The position numbers were made by a program, and so were the translations under genes. A DNA stretch of 64,000 nucleotides from Lama guanicoe. Taxonomy: Eukaryota. The notes under the pieces are model-generated. The model did not search any database and was not told the origin of the DNA. It saw nothing but the letters and a program-made list of their open reading frames with translations. The stretch spans positions 1,408,042 to 1,472,041 of the forward strand of contig MU054098.1 of the NCBI GenBank assembly GCA_013239625.1, written 5' to 3'. Below, piece by piece: positions 24,688-39,589 of the stretch (its first letter is position 1; the number at the start of each line of letters is the position of its first letter).

Positions 24688-27600
24688 TACATCAGCAAGA
24701 TGGCCAACTATGGAGCTTGAGGTCTTCAATCTCTCAAGTAAGCATTAAAAAAAAAAAACCCTAGAAACAAGCTAAAATCACCTTATAGAAGCTCTTCAAA
24801 ACAGTCAATGTTCTATAGCAACAAATGTCCGATCAAGAAAAAGCCACATTTTACTGTATGTTCTCACTTTTATGTGGAATCCAAAAAACAAAACAAGTGA
24901 ACAAATACAACAAAACAGAAACAGACTCACAGATACAGAGAAGAAACAAGTGATTATCAGGGTCGGGGTATGGAGGGGCAAAACAGGTGAAGGGGATTAG
25001 TAGTACAAATCACTAGATACAAAATAAATAACTTTTAAGGATGTAATATAAAGTATAGAGAATATAGTTAATATTTTATAACTTGGTATTCAGTGTAATA
25101 TAAAAACATCAAATTAGTATGTTGTACACCTGAAGCTAATATAATATTGTAAGTCAACTACACTTCAATTGAGAAAAAGAAAAAGCCACATTCAATATGG
25201 TAGAAAAATTTCTGGGATTTTTACTGGCCTTTGCCTCATGCTATCTCCAACACATGGCAACACAGTCAGTAGGAAGAAGCAGCCCAGTTTCCAATTCCCT
25301 CCCTCAAACCGGAAGTAACAGGGAAGACCTTATTTGCACTGTTCTACCTTGTTTGGTGGCTGCCTGAGGGACTGGTCTCTAGTTTGCCTGATTCAGAGGT
25401 CAGATGGAGAATAATAGCATAGTTTGGGTCTCAGGCCAGGAAATGCCAAAGAAAGTAGCAGTCATGGCTTATGTTAAGATGCAGGGGGACTACAGATCAA
25501 TGACACGAAGGACAAGAGATTACAGGTACAGGAATACAACAGAACATCTAAAGTATCAAGGAGAAGACGGGGTGAGACTCTGCAAAACTAAGACATTCAT
25601 AACAGCCTTGTATACAAGGTAATCAAAAAAGCCACACACAGGACTAAGCAAGATGCATGACTTGAGAAGACTTAAGCCTTTATCCCAAAATGATGGCAAG
25701 TTTCAGAACATGATCTGCTAATTAGTGAAGGTTTGTTCCAGCACAGAGCCAATCCACTAAGACTGGGAGAAATGGCTAATTTGATTTTTTTCATATAGAC
25801 AATTTGCAACAACAACAACAACAACAAAATCCACAAGGTATATACATAAACAAGAAAACACAACACATTTAAAGGAAGAAAATAACATGGCAGTAATTAT
25901 CCCTGAAGAAACACAAGCACTGGACATACTAGACAACCGTTATAAAGTAACTGAAAAATATATTCTAAAAGCCAAAGGAAAAATGGACAAAGAACTAAAG
26001 AAAATCAGCAAAACTATACGTGAATAAAAGAATATCAACAAAAAGGTAGAAATTATAAAAAGGAATGAAATAGATATTCTGGAACAGAAATATACAATAA
26101 CTTAATTGAAAAATTCACTAACAAGGTTCAAGAACAGACTGAAATAAGCAGAAGAGAGAATAGTGTACTTCAAGACAGGACATTTTAAATTATTGAGTCT
26201 GAAGAGTAAAAAGGAAAAGAAAAAAGAATAAAGAAAAGCCAGTGAAGCCTAAGGGACTTATGGGACACTATCAAGAAGACTGACATATACATTATGGTAT
26301 TACCAGAAGGAGAAGAGAGAAACAAAGCAGAGATTATTTGAAGAAATAAATGATGAACATATAAAAATAATTACAAATCTATCTTGATGGGTACATGGTA
26401 CATAAATATGTAATGTGTGACATCAATAATATAAAGTGAATGAGGGCAGAGGAGTAGTTTTTGTATGTGATTAAAGTAAAATTCCATAAATTTAAAATAG
26501 ATTCATATAATTACAGGATGTTTTATTTAATTCCCCATAGTAACCACAAAGAAAATATCTATACATTATTCACGAAAGGAAATCAAAATGTGTCACTACA
26601 AAAAAATCAACTAAACCCAAGGAAACGCAGTAAGGCAGGATATGAGGGACAAAGAGCTACAAACCATGGAGACAATAAATAGCAAAATAGCAAAAGTAAG
26701 TTCTTTCCATAAGTAATTACTTTAAATGTCAATGGATTAAACTCCCCAATCAAAAGACATAGATTGACAAAATGGATTTTTTAAAAATTGTTTAACAATA
26801 TACTATATACAAGAGACTCACTTTAGAAATACAATCACAGATAAATTGAAAATAACAGGATGGGAAAACATATTCCTTGTAAACAGTAACCAAAGGAGAG
26901 CAGGGGTGGCTACAATCATATCAGACAAAATAGACTTTAGGTCAAAGATTGTTACAAAAAACACAGATGCACATTATGCTGTGATAAAAGGTTAATTCAC
27001 CAAGATATAACACTCGTAATCATATAAGCATCAAACATCAAAGCTCCTAAATATATGAAGAAATTGAAATTGAGAAATAGAAACTTCTACAACTATAGCA
27101 GGAGACTTTAATACATCACTTTCAGCAATAGATAGAACAGCCAGATAGATGATAAATTAGGAAACAGATGACATTAACAACACTATAAACCAGTAAGACC
27201 TAACATATATACAGAACACTCCATGCCAAAGCAGCAAAACAGACACTTTCTCAAACGCACATGGATCGTTCTCCAGAATAAGGTATATATATGTTATGCT
27301 ACAAAACAAGCCTTCATAAATTTTACAAGATTGAAATAATACATAGTACATTTTCTGATCAAAATGGAATGAAACTAGAAATTAATAGGAAAAAGAAAAC
27401 TAGAAAAAACACAAATAAATGGATATTGAACAACCAATATATCCAAGAAGAAATCACAATGGAAACTAGAAAATATCTTGACACAAATGGAAAACAACAT
27501 TCCGAAACTTACGGACTGTAGGAAAAGCAGTGCCATGAGAGAAATTTATATCAGTAAAAGCTTATATTAAATAAGAAGAAAGATCCCAAAGCAACGACCT

Positions 27601-28920
27601 AACTTTACACTTTAAAGAACCAGAAAAAGAAGAACAAACTGAATCCAAGGTTAGCAGAAAGAAGGAAATAGTAAAGATTAGAAAAGAGATAGAGAATACA
27701 ACTGCAACAGAGAAAATCAACAAGAGCAAGAGTTGGTTCTTCAGCAAGACAAAACTGACAAAAAATTTAGCTAGATTGACTAAGCAAAATAAAAAAGATA
27801 CAGCTAACTAAAATCAGAAATGACAAAAGGAATATTACTACCAACTTTACAAAATAAAAAGATTATACAAAGGTACTGTGAACAATTATATGCCCCCAAA
27901 ATGGATAGTTTAGATGAAATGGACAAATTTCCAGAAACATGCAACCTACTAAAATCAAATGAAGAAATAGAAAATCTGAGTAAATTTATAATTAACATGG
28001 AGAGCTAATCAGTAGCAAAAGCCTCCCCAACAAAGAAAAGCCTATGACCAGATGGGGTTTTTTTTTTTTGCTGAATTCTACCAAACATTTAAAGAAGCAT
28101 TAACATCAATCATTCTCAAACTCTTCCAAATATTCAAAATATTTAATGTTCAAAATAGCAAAAAGGAAGAAACTATCCCTAACTCACCCTATAAGGCTAA
28201 AATTACCAAAATAACAGAGCCAAATCAATTGACACTACAAGAAAACTACAGACCTATATCACTTATGAATATGGATGCAAAAGTCTTCAACTACTAAACC
28301 AAATTCAACAGCATATTAAGAGGAGTGCACCATGACAAAGTTCTTCAAAGAAAAAAAAAAGCAAAGCATAGAATTGCCATATGATCCAGAAATTCCACTT
28401 CTGGATATATACTCCAAAATACTGGAAGAAGAGACTTGAACAGATAATTATATATCAATTTTCAGGCAGCAATATTCTTAATAGCCATAAAGTGAAAATA
28501 GCAGAAATATCATTGATATATGAATGGGTAAATAATAGGAGGTATATAAATATAATGAAATATCATTCAGCTTTAAAAAGGAATGAAATTATGACACATG
28601 CTACAACAAGGATGAACCCTGAAAACATTCTAGGTGAAAAAAGCCAGACACAAAAGGACAAATATTGTATGATTTCAGTTACATGAAGTACCTAGAGTAA
28701 TGGCAGAATGGTAGTTGTCAGGGACTGGGGTGGGAGGATTAGAGTATGGGGAGTTATTTTTTAATGGGTACAGAGTTTACATCTGCAAAGATGAAAAAAT
28801 TCTGGAGATGGTGGAGATGGTTGCACAACAATATGAAGGTTCTTAATGCCATGCATCTGTACAGTTAAGAATGGTGAAATGGAAAATTTTATGTTATATA
28901 TTTTGCCACAGTTAAAATAA
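24688..28920 (+). mobile_element. Old LINE-1 (5' UTR, ORF1, ORF2 EN to early RT, internal deletion, L1MB-type 3' end)
   Basis: 5' CAGCAAGATGGCC. ORF2 remnants in the ORF track (HSTFSDQNGMKLEIN, YCEQLYAPKMDSLDEMDKF, ENYRPISLMNMDAK) and a C-terminal remnant at 28381-28686. Confidence 0.9.
24851..25176 (+). mobile_element. Nested short L1 3' end in the 5' UTR of the older L1
   Basis: Perfect 16-bp TSD AAGAAAAAGCCACATT at 24835-24850 and 25177-25192. Confidence 0.9.
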
Positions 28921-29376
28921 ATCAAGATAAATTTTGCATACATTGAAATGCCAAGATTTTAAGATAGCAGGTTGATGAATTTTGTCAAAGGTATTCACCC
29001 ATGTAAACAGCAATCCAGTCAAAAGATAAACAATCTTCTTTTCTCCAGAAAATTACTTTTTTTCTCTGTTCCAGACAATCACCACTCTCACATAGACAAC
29101 CACTTTCCTTATTTCTACCATCTTATATTGATTTTGGCTGTTTCTGAGCTCCATACAAATATATTCTCTCAAGGAATGTACTCCTATTCAGCCTGATAGA
29201 TAATGCCTAAAAAAGAGTTGCCTCGTGTATTTTGTTCAGTTTTACAGTTGTTTACAGAGGGATGGCAAGTCTGATAGCAGTTATTCCCTAATACTCGTAA
29301 GTCAATGTGTGATTCACTTTCTTTGAATTGAAACCCCTTTCTGAGATACAATGATAGCTTATATATTTGACCTTAT

Positions 29377-29630
29377 GAGAGGCAGCATAGCTTAGTGTAT
29401 AAAAATATAGGCTCTGGATTATTCTGTCTGGCTTTGAATCCTGGCTCAGGCATTTAGCATTAATGTCGTCACACTGGGCAAAAGACTTCCCACTACATTA
29501 TACATACCTTATTCTTAAAATAGGAATAATAACGTTACAAATTTCATATGAATGTTATTGATACAAAATGAGTTAAAATACAAACATGTTTATGACAGTG
29601 ATTAGCATATAGTGAACACTTAATACTGAC
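29377..29630 (+). mobile_element. MIR SINE
   Basis: GAGAGGCAGCATAGCTTAGTG...TTTGAATCCTGGCTC...AAAATAGGAATAATAA...GCATATAGTGAACACTTAATA. Confidence 0.75.
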
Positions 29631-30423
29631 TAGCTTTCTTGTTTTCACTTTCTATGTATGCTTTAAGTGACAGACACCTAACTTATCTGCTTTAGTAGGG
29701 GACTAACACAGCTAGTTCGTCCATCTCTCTTTAATTATCTGGATTAACCTCATTCTTTTAGCCCCTCACTGGCTCTGATACTGATACAGGGGTCCATCTA
29801 TAGCCTATCTTCAGAAACTCAATATTTTTGAGGTTTCATCTTATTGCCTCTATGAAATAATTTCTCAGGTCTGTTAGGTTTCATAGCTAATCCATTCCCA
29901 TCATAAATATATATTATAAAATATATGTTATATATAATATTTCTGTTGTCTTTGTAGTAAGTTAAGGAGTGTGCATACACACACACACACATTCAGTCAG
30001 CTATCTTGAACCAAAAGTTTCTCCATTATTTTTATATTTGAATATTTATGTATATTACACATGTGCACACATACATGATAAGTGGGGTGAGCTATGCTGG
30101 ATTCCAAAGAGAAAAGTGGATATTTTAAACATACGCAGGTCTACAGTTCTCTTTCTTTCTTGTATCATTAAATAATATCTTTTGAAATAATCAATTTACC
30201 ACCTATTTATATACTGTATACATTTTAATCCTGGAGTGTTTTACAGTCTCCTTTAGTACTCTTGGTAAAACCAGAGTGTAAACTGGGATCCCAGGATTTA
30301 TACAAGTTTCATATTGACTATGTACTTGGAGAACACAGATCTAAGAAACAGCCTTTTCATCAGAATAGTGAAATACACATCTTTTGGGGATTTTTCTAGC
30401 ATTATTAAATTGTACTATGTTTC

Positions 30424-31110
30424 AGAGGGAGATCAAAATGGTGGAGTAGGAAGAAGTGGAGCTCACCTTCCCCCATAAACACAACAAAAATTCATCTACA
30501 TGTGGAACAATTCTCACAGAAAACTAACTGGAAACTGGCAAAGGATCTTCTATGTAACCAAAGCTACAAGAAAGATTTCCATGCAAGCGAGCAGGATGGG
30601 AAAAAAACAGGCATCAGGATAGGATCTGCACCCCTAGGAGGGATCTCTAAGGGAGAAAAGGTCCACATAGGCAGACCCTCACCCTGGGGAGTACCCTTGC
30701 CTGCTGGGAAATCTGCTGGCACGGAGAGATGGGCTGGAGAAGCCTAGACTCTACTCTTGAGGAATATGAGCATGTCTGCCAGCTAACAACCAGGGCAGAG
30801 ACTTGCACTGGCAGCTGCTGCCTCGCCATACTTCCCAGTCAGAAAGGATAAATGCTCCAGCCCCTGCTTGCTTCACACAAGATCAGGGCAGAAATTCAGT
30901 CTAGCTATACAGAGACAGACTTGGGTGCCTTGGGACTGATCCAGGCCAAACCACGGAGACCATTATAAGTGCATACACAAGAGCAGTGGATCAAACTGGG
31001 CAGACATTGTCAGTGTGCACACTGAGTGATGTCACAAAAACTCTTAGTGGCTAAGTGCTGAATGTCAGGCAGACAGGCCCTGGGAGAAGACTCAATCTAG
31101 CTGTCCCTGA
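30424..31110 (+). mobile_element. Isolated LINE-1 5' UTR fragment
   Basis: GGGAGATCAAAATGGTGGAGTAGGAAGAAGTGGAGCTCACC...ATCTACATGTGGAACAATTCTCACAGAA, an L1 5' end with no ORFs following. Confidence 0.6.
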
Positions 31111-32124
31111 TCCAAAAACATTGGTGTGTTTTAAGTTTCTTCCTTAGCATTTTTAGATTTCTAAATATCTACCATGAGCCTGTGTTACCTTAGAAACCTA
31201 AAAAATGTTATTTAGAATTGGGGAAAAAGACATTTCATGAAATGCTTGAGTGTGAACACATTGCAATGATTTATTTCTTTTTACTCTGAAGTAAATGATA
31301 AAAGAACTAAAATTAAACCACAGCATTGAAGGTAGTAATGACTGTGTAGTAATGATATACACTTTAATTATCAGAAATTTGAAATTTGCACTTATAATTA
31401 CTACTTCAAATAACTATTTATTAGTTTCTTACATAAGTCTGTACTAAATATTTTCAAATACAAAGTCTTATTTCCAAGTATTTCTTATAATTGAACCTGT
31501 ATTCTACAAGTGAACATGAACGTTAATGAATACTTATTTCAAAGGAATCTATTCTACTAATTCACAGATGGTCCTGTTATTTTTCTAAGGATTCTTTTAT
31601 AACCATTAAGTATTTTCTTCCATGACCCTATTAACCCATTTTCTCTATTCATAATTTAAGTAAAACAACACACAGCATTTCTATTTGTTGGAGTTGTACT
31701 TACAGATCAAAAGAGAAGCTGGAGATGTCAACAGTAAGAGCACATCACTGCTTGTTATCCAATATATAATGGAGTACAAAACATTTGTGTTTCTTCATCT
31801 CTTTTCCACCCCATCAAATCATGCTACATTTCCTTCTGATCATTGTTTTTATGTGACCAAGAGCCCTTCATTTTGGTATCAAGTCTAGGTCTCTTCTCCT
31901 GGAACAGTGACCCACATTACCAAGCCATGAACACTTCAAGAAAATACTTTCTGTAAGTTTGAAAGACCTTCAGAATTCAAAAGTGTCATTTAAAAGAATT
32001 CAATCATTTTTAACATGAGAAAACTGAGACTCAGAACAGTAATGGCCAAGGTCAGTTGCCTGGAACTAAAATCCAGGTTAGCTGACCTCAAGTTAGATAT
32101 TCTTTCCATTAAAAAAAAATTTTT

Positions 32125-32790
32125 ATGTCCAAAGGGAACTTTAATTCAAAAAGATACATGCATCCCAATGTTCATAGCAGCACTATTTACAATAGCCAAG
32201 GCATGGAAACAACCCAAATGTCCATCAAAAGATGATTTAATAAAGAAGTTGTGATATATTTATACAATGGAATATTACTCAGCCATAAAGAAGAATAAAA
32301 TAATGCCATTTGCAGCAACATGGATGGACCTGGAGATTGTCAATCTAAGTGAAATAAGCCAGAAAGAGAAAGAAAATTGCCGAATGATATCACTTACATG
32401 TGGAATGTAAAAAAAAAAAAGACAAATGAACTTATTTACAAAACAGAAACAGACTCACAGACATAGAAAACAAACTTACGGTGACCAAGGCGGGAAGAGG
32501 GTGGGAAGGGAAAAATTAGGAGTTCAAGATTTGCAGATACTAACTACTATGTATAAAATACTAACTACCATATATAAAATAAACAACAAGGTCCTACTGC
32601 ATAGCACAGAGAACTATATTTAATATCATATAGTAACTCATGGTGAAAAAGAATATGAAGATGAATATATGTATGTTCACATATGACTGAAGCATTTTGC
32701 TGTACACCAGAACTTGACACAACATTGTAAACTGACTATAATTCAATAAAAAAGTATATACAAAATAAAAATTTTTTAAATAAAATAAAT
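32125..32790 (+). mobile_element. 5'-truncated lineage LINE-1 3' end
   Basis: ORF2 C-terminus (KDTCIPMFIAALFTIAKAWKQPKCPS), 3' UTR related to the 44051 copy, A-rich tail. Preceded by a MIR piece at ~32010-32110. Confidence 0.9.
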
Positions 32791-32899
32791 GCTTTCTTTC
32801 TAACAGCAACAAAAAACCACTTAGAATTAATTTTCTTGAGATGTTCATCTTTCTCCTAACATTAAAATGTTGGAGGAGCATTCTCTTTAATATACAGTT

Positions 32900-33890
32900 C
32901 TAACTAATTTAGTTTGCTCAATCTTACAGTGTCCTACTTTATAAATATTTTATAACCCTATTGAAATTCTCTGCTCTGACCCTACCTACTTTTTCATATA
33001 TAACTTTTTATTCTCTCCTCAGTCCACTTATTGCTTAAGCTACTATTTACTCTCTTACAGAATGGTTTGTCTCCAACTTCATTTTCACACATCCTATTTA
33101 TATTTGTATACCCATTGCAGTTTAGCTTCTGCCTCCAACATTACAACACAGTTTTTTTCTTTTTACTGAGAATAACAACCTATATGCCACCACACCCAAT
33201 GGATGCTTCTGAAACTGTATCTTGATGACATCTTATTAGTGTCTAGCTTGTTTTATCTTATTCTTTTAAAAATTGTCTTTATCTGGGCTTCTCTGATACC
33301 ACATTTGAACAGTTTTCTTCCTGTATATCTTGGCACTATTTTCTAGTAGCCATTATAGGTTCATCTTCTATTCTCTCTTTAAATGTTTTTGACTATAGAA
33401 CTTTTCCTAATCCCTCTGGATTAGGAGATACATATTAAATACCTTTTATATGCTAAGCACTATTACAGGAACTGAGGAGAAGCAGTGAATAAAATAAACA
33501 ACAACAACAAAAAACCCTGCCTCTGAGGAGTTTATATTCTTAGATTCCTCTCTCTCTACAATACACTCTGAGTAACATACAACTCTATGCCTTTAATCAC
33601 CATCTATATACAGATAGTTGCTATATATATATTTTTTTTTCTATCACGGACCTCTCACTGAACAGGTACAATTCAAGCTGTGAACTTCAGGATGAAAAGG
33701 AATCCCATGTAGAAAGTCGACAGAATATTCCAGACAGAGAAAGCAGAATTTATGAAGGCCTGAGGCAACAAACAAGCAATGTGCCTATAGAGCATCCCAA
33801 GATGATGTAGGAGAGGAAGGTAAGGACTAAATCTTGCAGATCTTTTGAATCACAATAAAGAGTCATATTTTTATTCTAAATTCAAAGAAC
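32900..33890. mobile_element. L2 LINE fragments in both orientations
   Basis: Pyrimidine-rich L2 body; reverse pieces such as GCAGTGAATAAAATAAAC...CCCTGCCTCTGAGGAGTTTATATTCT. Confidence 0.5.
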
Positions 33891-33999
33891 TTTACTGACT
33901 ATTATTATTCTAGTGACAATCATATTGTTTTTATTAGTTTTTCTTTATTAAATATGTTGATTTGATTGGGCAAGCTCTTTTTCATTACTCTTCTAAAAA

Positions 34000-35700
34000 T
34001 ATCTACTATAATGTGCCCATTCTATCATTACAACTTCAGAATAATTTTGTTAATAAAAAAATTTCACTTAAAATTTTACTGTAATTACAGCCAGTACATA
34101 GATTAATTTGGTAAGAATGGATATATTTTCCCTACAGAATCATTTTATCTATAAACATATCTCCATTTAGTGAATTATTCAGCTAAGTTATATAGATACA
34201 TTTATATAGATATAGATACATGCTATAAAGTAACTTATTTTTATTTCTAGACATTGCATAATTGTCATGGCAAATGTGATTTTTAACTTCTTATGTTCTC
34301 ATTATTGAATTTTACAGATAAATTGATGATTTGTATATATTAAATCTGTATCCAGGTACCTTACAATATCTACTTTTCAGTTATTTTGCCTTTAGTGTTT
34401 CAGTTAAAGAAACATATCTGCAAATAATTACCTTTGTTTCCTCCACTCCAAAAACTATGATTTTCCTTTCTTATTCCTGTTTTAACGTATTAATTAACAC
34501 TTGCACAATGATAAAAATAGTAAGTATATTTGCAGGAGGACTTGCCTTATTCCTTATTTCAATGTGATTACAATTTCAACCAGTATATATGATGCAGGCT
34601 TATAATTAGGGATGTATATTCATTAATACATTATGGAAGATTTCTATTTCTACTTCTATAAATTTTTTTTCTCTATCAGGAATAAATGTTGACATATCAG
34701 CTACCTTTTCTACATGATAGAGATAAGGATACATTTGTCATTTGACCTACGTCTGTTATGATTTTTATTAATAGATGTCTTTACTCAGAATCACTGTTGA
34801 ATTCCTGGAATAAACCATATTGATTATGGGGCATTAATCTTTTACATATAATTCTAGACTCCATTATCTACTATTTTATTTAAGATTTTTGTATTTATAT
34901 TTATAACTTTGGTCAGTAGTATTTTGTACCATTACTAAGAATTTTTACATTAATATGGATGTTAACTTTTATCAATCTTTTCAGCATTCATTGAGATGAC
35001 CTTATGTATGGCTCTCAAAACAGTCACTTTGCTAAATAATTATTTAAAATTAAGGTTACAGAGAACTATGAGTTTTTCTTGGATGCTTGTAGGATATATT
35101 CTTAACTTTTGTGATTAAATTCCCAAGAATGTATATTGATGTAGTTTTCTTTCAATTTATTTTGCAAAGAAAACTGTGAGACCTTCAATCTATAAACATG
35201 TATCTCTTTCATTTTATATTTTCAAAAATCAAGTAACTGATTTTTCTTCTAACTCTACTGTTCCTATTTCTTCCTTAGAAATAGTACACTTCTTAGATTA
35301 CATCTCTATTCTGTTTCCCTTTCCTATGTAATTATCTTCTTGTTTGTTCTGGGATTTTTTTGGTCTTGGTCATTTTCCTCTATTGTGAGACAGTGTTTTA
35401 TTCCTGTCACATACAGGACTGAAATGATTTTGACAGTCTTAATTACTCAGTTGAGTATGGATGTTAGTTCTATTATTATAGTTTTCTTGCAATCCTTCCT
35501 TTTTCAGCCATTTTCTTTTACATCTGAGCTTGTTTCTTCTCATCCTTTTCTGTACTCTTTTTAAAAGAACTTTCTTGCAGTCTATTGAGGATGCCAAACA
35601 TCTTCTTTCGAAATAGCATCATAATTATTTAGTAGGTCATTTATTTTTTTAAATATATATGCGTCCTTTGAAATTGTGGCTTTGTGTTCCCATTCTCTTT
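34000..35700 (-). mobile_element. Very old LINE-1 (L1ME-like) fragments
   Basis: T-rich antisense ORF2 remnants, e.g. TTGAATTCCTGGAATAAACC, TTTTCAGCATTCATTGAGATGACC. Confidence 0.6.
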
Positions 35701-36537
35701 GTCTATATATTTCCCATAAACCTTAAGTAATTATGGTGGTGGCTGTGGTCATTTACGTTTTTTTTTCTCTCTCTACTTTTCCCTTAATAAATTAAAGCTG
35801 TATCTGGATTCATTTGATAGTCCACAATACTGCCTTCTACTCATTTGATTTATAGATAAATTAATTTCTAAAATCAATTTTGGGGGTAGGTAGATGTGCA
35901 GTTTCCATCTCAAACTCACTTTCATCAGCTATTACCTAGTATAATTCTGATATTCAGACGTAGAATAATCTTCTATACTTTGCCTGGTTTCCTGTCACAC
36001 GCATCGACTAATTACAGTGCTCCCAGGATCATTCCTCTCTGTCCTTCTTATCCCTCCCTGACTCTCTCCACAACAGAACTTTATTTCTAGGAAATATACC
36101 ACTTTGTTCCTAACCTGCTATATTTTGGTTATTACTGTTTCTCAATGTTTTAGTATACAAGAATAAATGTCCCCAGCTTTCTGGTTTCTTCCTGTCCTTT
36201 TAAAGAAAAGTTATTTCATCAAGTGAAATCTAGAGAGCTCACAAGACAAGACCTAAAGGTTATTTCTTAATCCATTTCCATATACTTAAAGGTAATGGAA
36301 ATTCCTTTCAGAATTAGCATTAGGTCAGTGTTAGTTTTCAGTTGTGGCATGAGATTTAACATTAATCTATGACTATATTTAGTATTTTAGCAGGAATCTG
36401 GGAAAGTCTTAATTGGGAGCTAGAAAAGGCATTATTTTAAGCTAGAAATCCTTATGGGCACTTAAATTAATGTCTTCTTTCACTGTGTCTGATTTAATCC
36501 ACAATTCCTAATGGATAAGAAGTAGGCATGGTCTATT

Positions 36538-37562
36538 TTATCTTCTTTTTTCCCCAACAATAACTGACAAATATGTTTGTATATGTTTAAAGTGTACAAT
36601 GTGATGATTTGATATACCTATATATTGTAGAATGATTATCAAGATCAAGATAATTAACACATCCACCACTTCACACAGTTAACTCATTTGTGTTTGTGTG
36701 TGAGTGTGTGTGTGTGTGTGTGTGTGTTGAGAATTCTTATGATCTACCCATCAGGGAAATGCAAATCAAAACCACAATGAGATATTACCTTATATCTGTT
36801 AAGATGGCTATTATCAAAAAGACAAGAACTAATAAGGGCTAGAAGGATGAAGAGAAAAGGGAACCCTAGAGCACTGTTGGTAGGAATGTAAATTAATGCA
36901 GTCACTATGGAAAGCAGTATGGAAGTTCCTCAAGAAATGAAAAATAGAACTAGCATTGGATCCCACAATCTCACTCCTTAGTATATAACAGAAAGAAATA
37001 AAATCAGTATCTCTAAGAAATAGCTGCACTCCCACGCTGCAGACGTTCACAATAGCCAGGATACGGAAACAACTTAAACGTCCTTCAATGGATGAATAGA
37101 TAAAGAAAATGTGATATATATCTGTCTCTCTCTATATATATCAATATATCAATATTGATATATATAGTGTATATTTATGTGTGTATATATATATATACAC
37201 ACACATACACATATATACACACACAACAGAATATTATTCAGCCACTAAAAAAGAAGGAAATCCTGCCATTAGTTATAACATGAATGAGCCTGGAGGGCAT
37301 GATGCTAAAAGAAGTAAACCAGACAGAGAAATACAAATATGATCTCACTTATATGTGGAATTCAAAAATAAATAACCCTAATTTTATAGAAACAGAGGAT
37401 AGAATGGAAGTTGCCAGGGGCTGAGGGAAGTGAGAAATGGGGAGATGTAGGTCAAGGGGTATAAACTTTCAGTTAGAAGATGAATAATTTCTGAGGATTT
37501 AATGTACAACATGGTCACTCTGGTTAATAATGTGGTATTATATACTTAAATTTTGCTGAGTA
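36538..37562 (-). mobile_element. L1MA-type LINE-1 with 5' inversion (twin priming)
   Basis: 36538-36748 is the minus-strand 3' end. 36749-37560 is the adjoining upstream L1 segment in the opposite orientation. TSD ATGGTCTATT at 36528-36537 and 37563-37572. Confidence 0.85.
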
Positions 37563-39199
37563 ATGGTCTATTAAAGCTCAATATTTCCTATGAATCTACT
37601 CTTATTTTTATTACTGTCCTTAGTGCCTTCAGTTCCTATTATCTCTAAGCTATCCCAATTTTTAAAACCAGATATTAGATTCTATAAAGGATCATTTCAA
37701 CCAGAGCCCATTAAAACTATTCAAAAAAGGAAAGCACCCTTATTTACTTTTATCTTACAGAGAAGCAAAGCATTGGTTCACAAACACTCCTTTGCCTAAT
37801 GGTAATTTTTCATCTCCTATCTCAACTTTGTATTGGAAAGCTCATGATATATTACCTAAAATTTCCAGCTTGGAACAATCTATTCTTTAACTGTCTCAGA
37901 AGGCATAGGGACAGGCACCAGTGACAAAATCAGGTTATATCTGTTTCAGAAAAATTGAAAAATAACACAGTATTTGGTAATTATTTTGAATAAAATGTAA
38001 AATTTATATTCTTCATAGGATTTATATTCAACAGAGTAATTGATTTCTGTTACTGTAGAGCCCTTATCAATTCTAAACAATATCAAGCAAAACTTGAAAA
38101 TAATTAATATCATATGTGTGCTAAATAATAGCTTGTAAGCGTTCTTCATTTTCCTCTCAAAAATGAAATTGAAAGAATTTTACATTTAGAATTTGTTAAA
38201 ATATGGGTAGCCATATTAAAGTATAAAAGGAATATTATTTTCTTTAGGAAATACAGTTTGCACATAAATTAAAATTAAAATCAATTCCTTATTGTAGAGC
38301 TATTTAACAAAAACATTAATTTAAAAATGTCAATCCAAAACTAATGCATGGCATCACTGCCAAATACTTTGAACAAGAGAGAATTTCTATTCCATATCCA
38401 AACAATTTGAATATCCCCAAATATAAAAAGAAAGGCTAAAATGATACAGACACATCATACATGTATTTTAATCCTCTAAAATAGAGTCTCAATATGAATT
38501 AATTACAACATAAAACTAATAAAGGTATCACAACTATCCATTCATAGGCCTGAGAGAAATGAATCCAAAAGTAATGGGACAGAAATTAAATTGTGTAATC
38601 TCAGGTCTTTTAAATCTTAAGTAACTGCACAATACTTCATATATGTTATTCTTAATGTAAGACTAGCTCTGTTACAAAAATACATAAGGAAGGCATGTTC
38701 TTTAGAACAGACTCTGCTGCATGCCAGTTCAGCTTCTCTAATATTAAGTTTCACATATGTGACTTCTTGCTGAAGTTGGAACTGCTGCCAACCAGTTTTA
38801 CACCCTACCACCTCCTACTCTACATTCCCAAAAACCTATCAAGTGAGAATTCTCTCAGATACAGGGGCCATTTTTCCATCAGTCAGGTGGTTATCTTAAT
38901 CTGAGATTTCTACAAAATGGTAAAAGTTTTAAGGAGATCTCTCTTTGGGATCTGAGTGTATGGAATTTTACATGCAATTTTTTAAAAAATCCATGTTAAA
39001 TTTAAGGTGTCTGCATCACCTTGGTTAGCCCTGAAATCCACTCATTCAGGGAATATACCTCTAACTCAGTGGTGTTTATAAACCAAGGGGAGATTATCTT
39101 TGGCTAGGATAAAGCAAATAATTTTCTTTCAAACTGTTTTCCTGAAGCAGTAGTAAAAAAGAGTAGAAGTATCACAATTATGACATTGAAAACCAAGGC

Positions 39200-39440
39200 G
39201 AGATAGCAGAGAATAGTTGAACAGGGTTGCCTTGGGAGACAGACCTGAGTTCAGGTCCTTACTCAGCTACTCATTAATCGTGTGACCTTGGGTGATTTTT
39301 ATCCCCTATCTGCTTCTTAAATTTCCTCATCTGTAAGATTAAGGCACCAGTACCTGCCTCAAGGGACATTGGCTTTAATGAGATGGCACCCTTGAAATGG
39401 TCTGGGTTATAGTTGGCATTTAATAAGAACTAGCTCCTTT
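39200..39440 (+). mobile_element. MIR SINE
   Basis: AGACAGACCTGAGTTCAGGTCCTTACTC...GTGTGACCTTGGGTGA...TTTCCTCATCTGTAAGAT. Confidence 0.8.
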
Positions 39441-39589
39441 GCTTAACAGTCATAGCACTGTAAGGGTGGGAGTCAATCTCCTGATAGCAATAGGAAGCCT
39501 GGAAACTGGACTAGGATGGGTCAGGGTTTGTTTTTGATGCTTTGCTTTCTCCCATGTTTCTTCTTCCAGCTTCCTCCAAGATCATGGAA

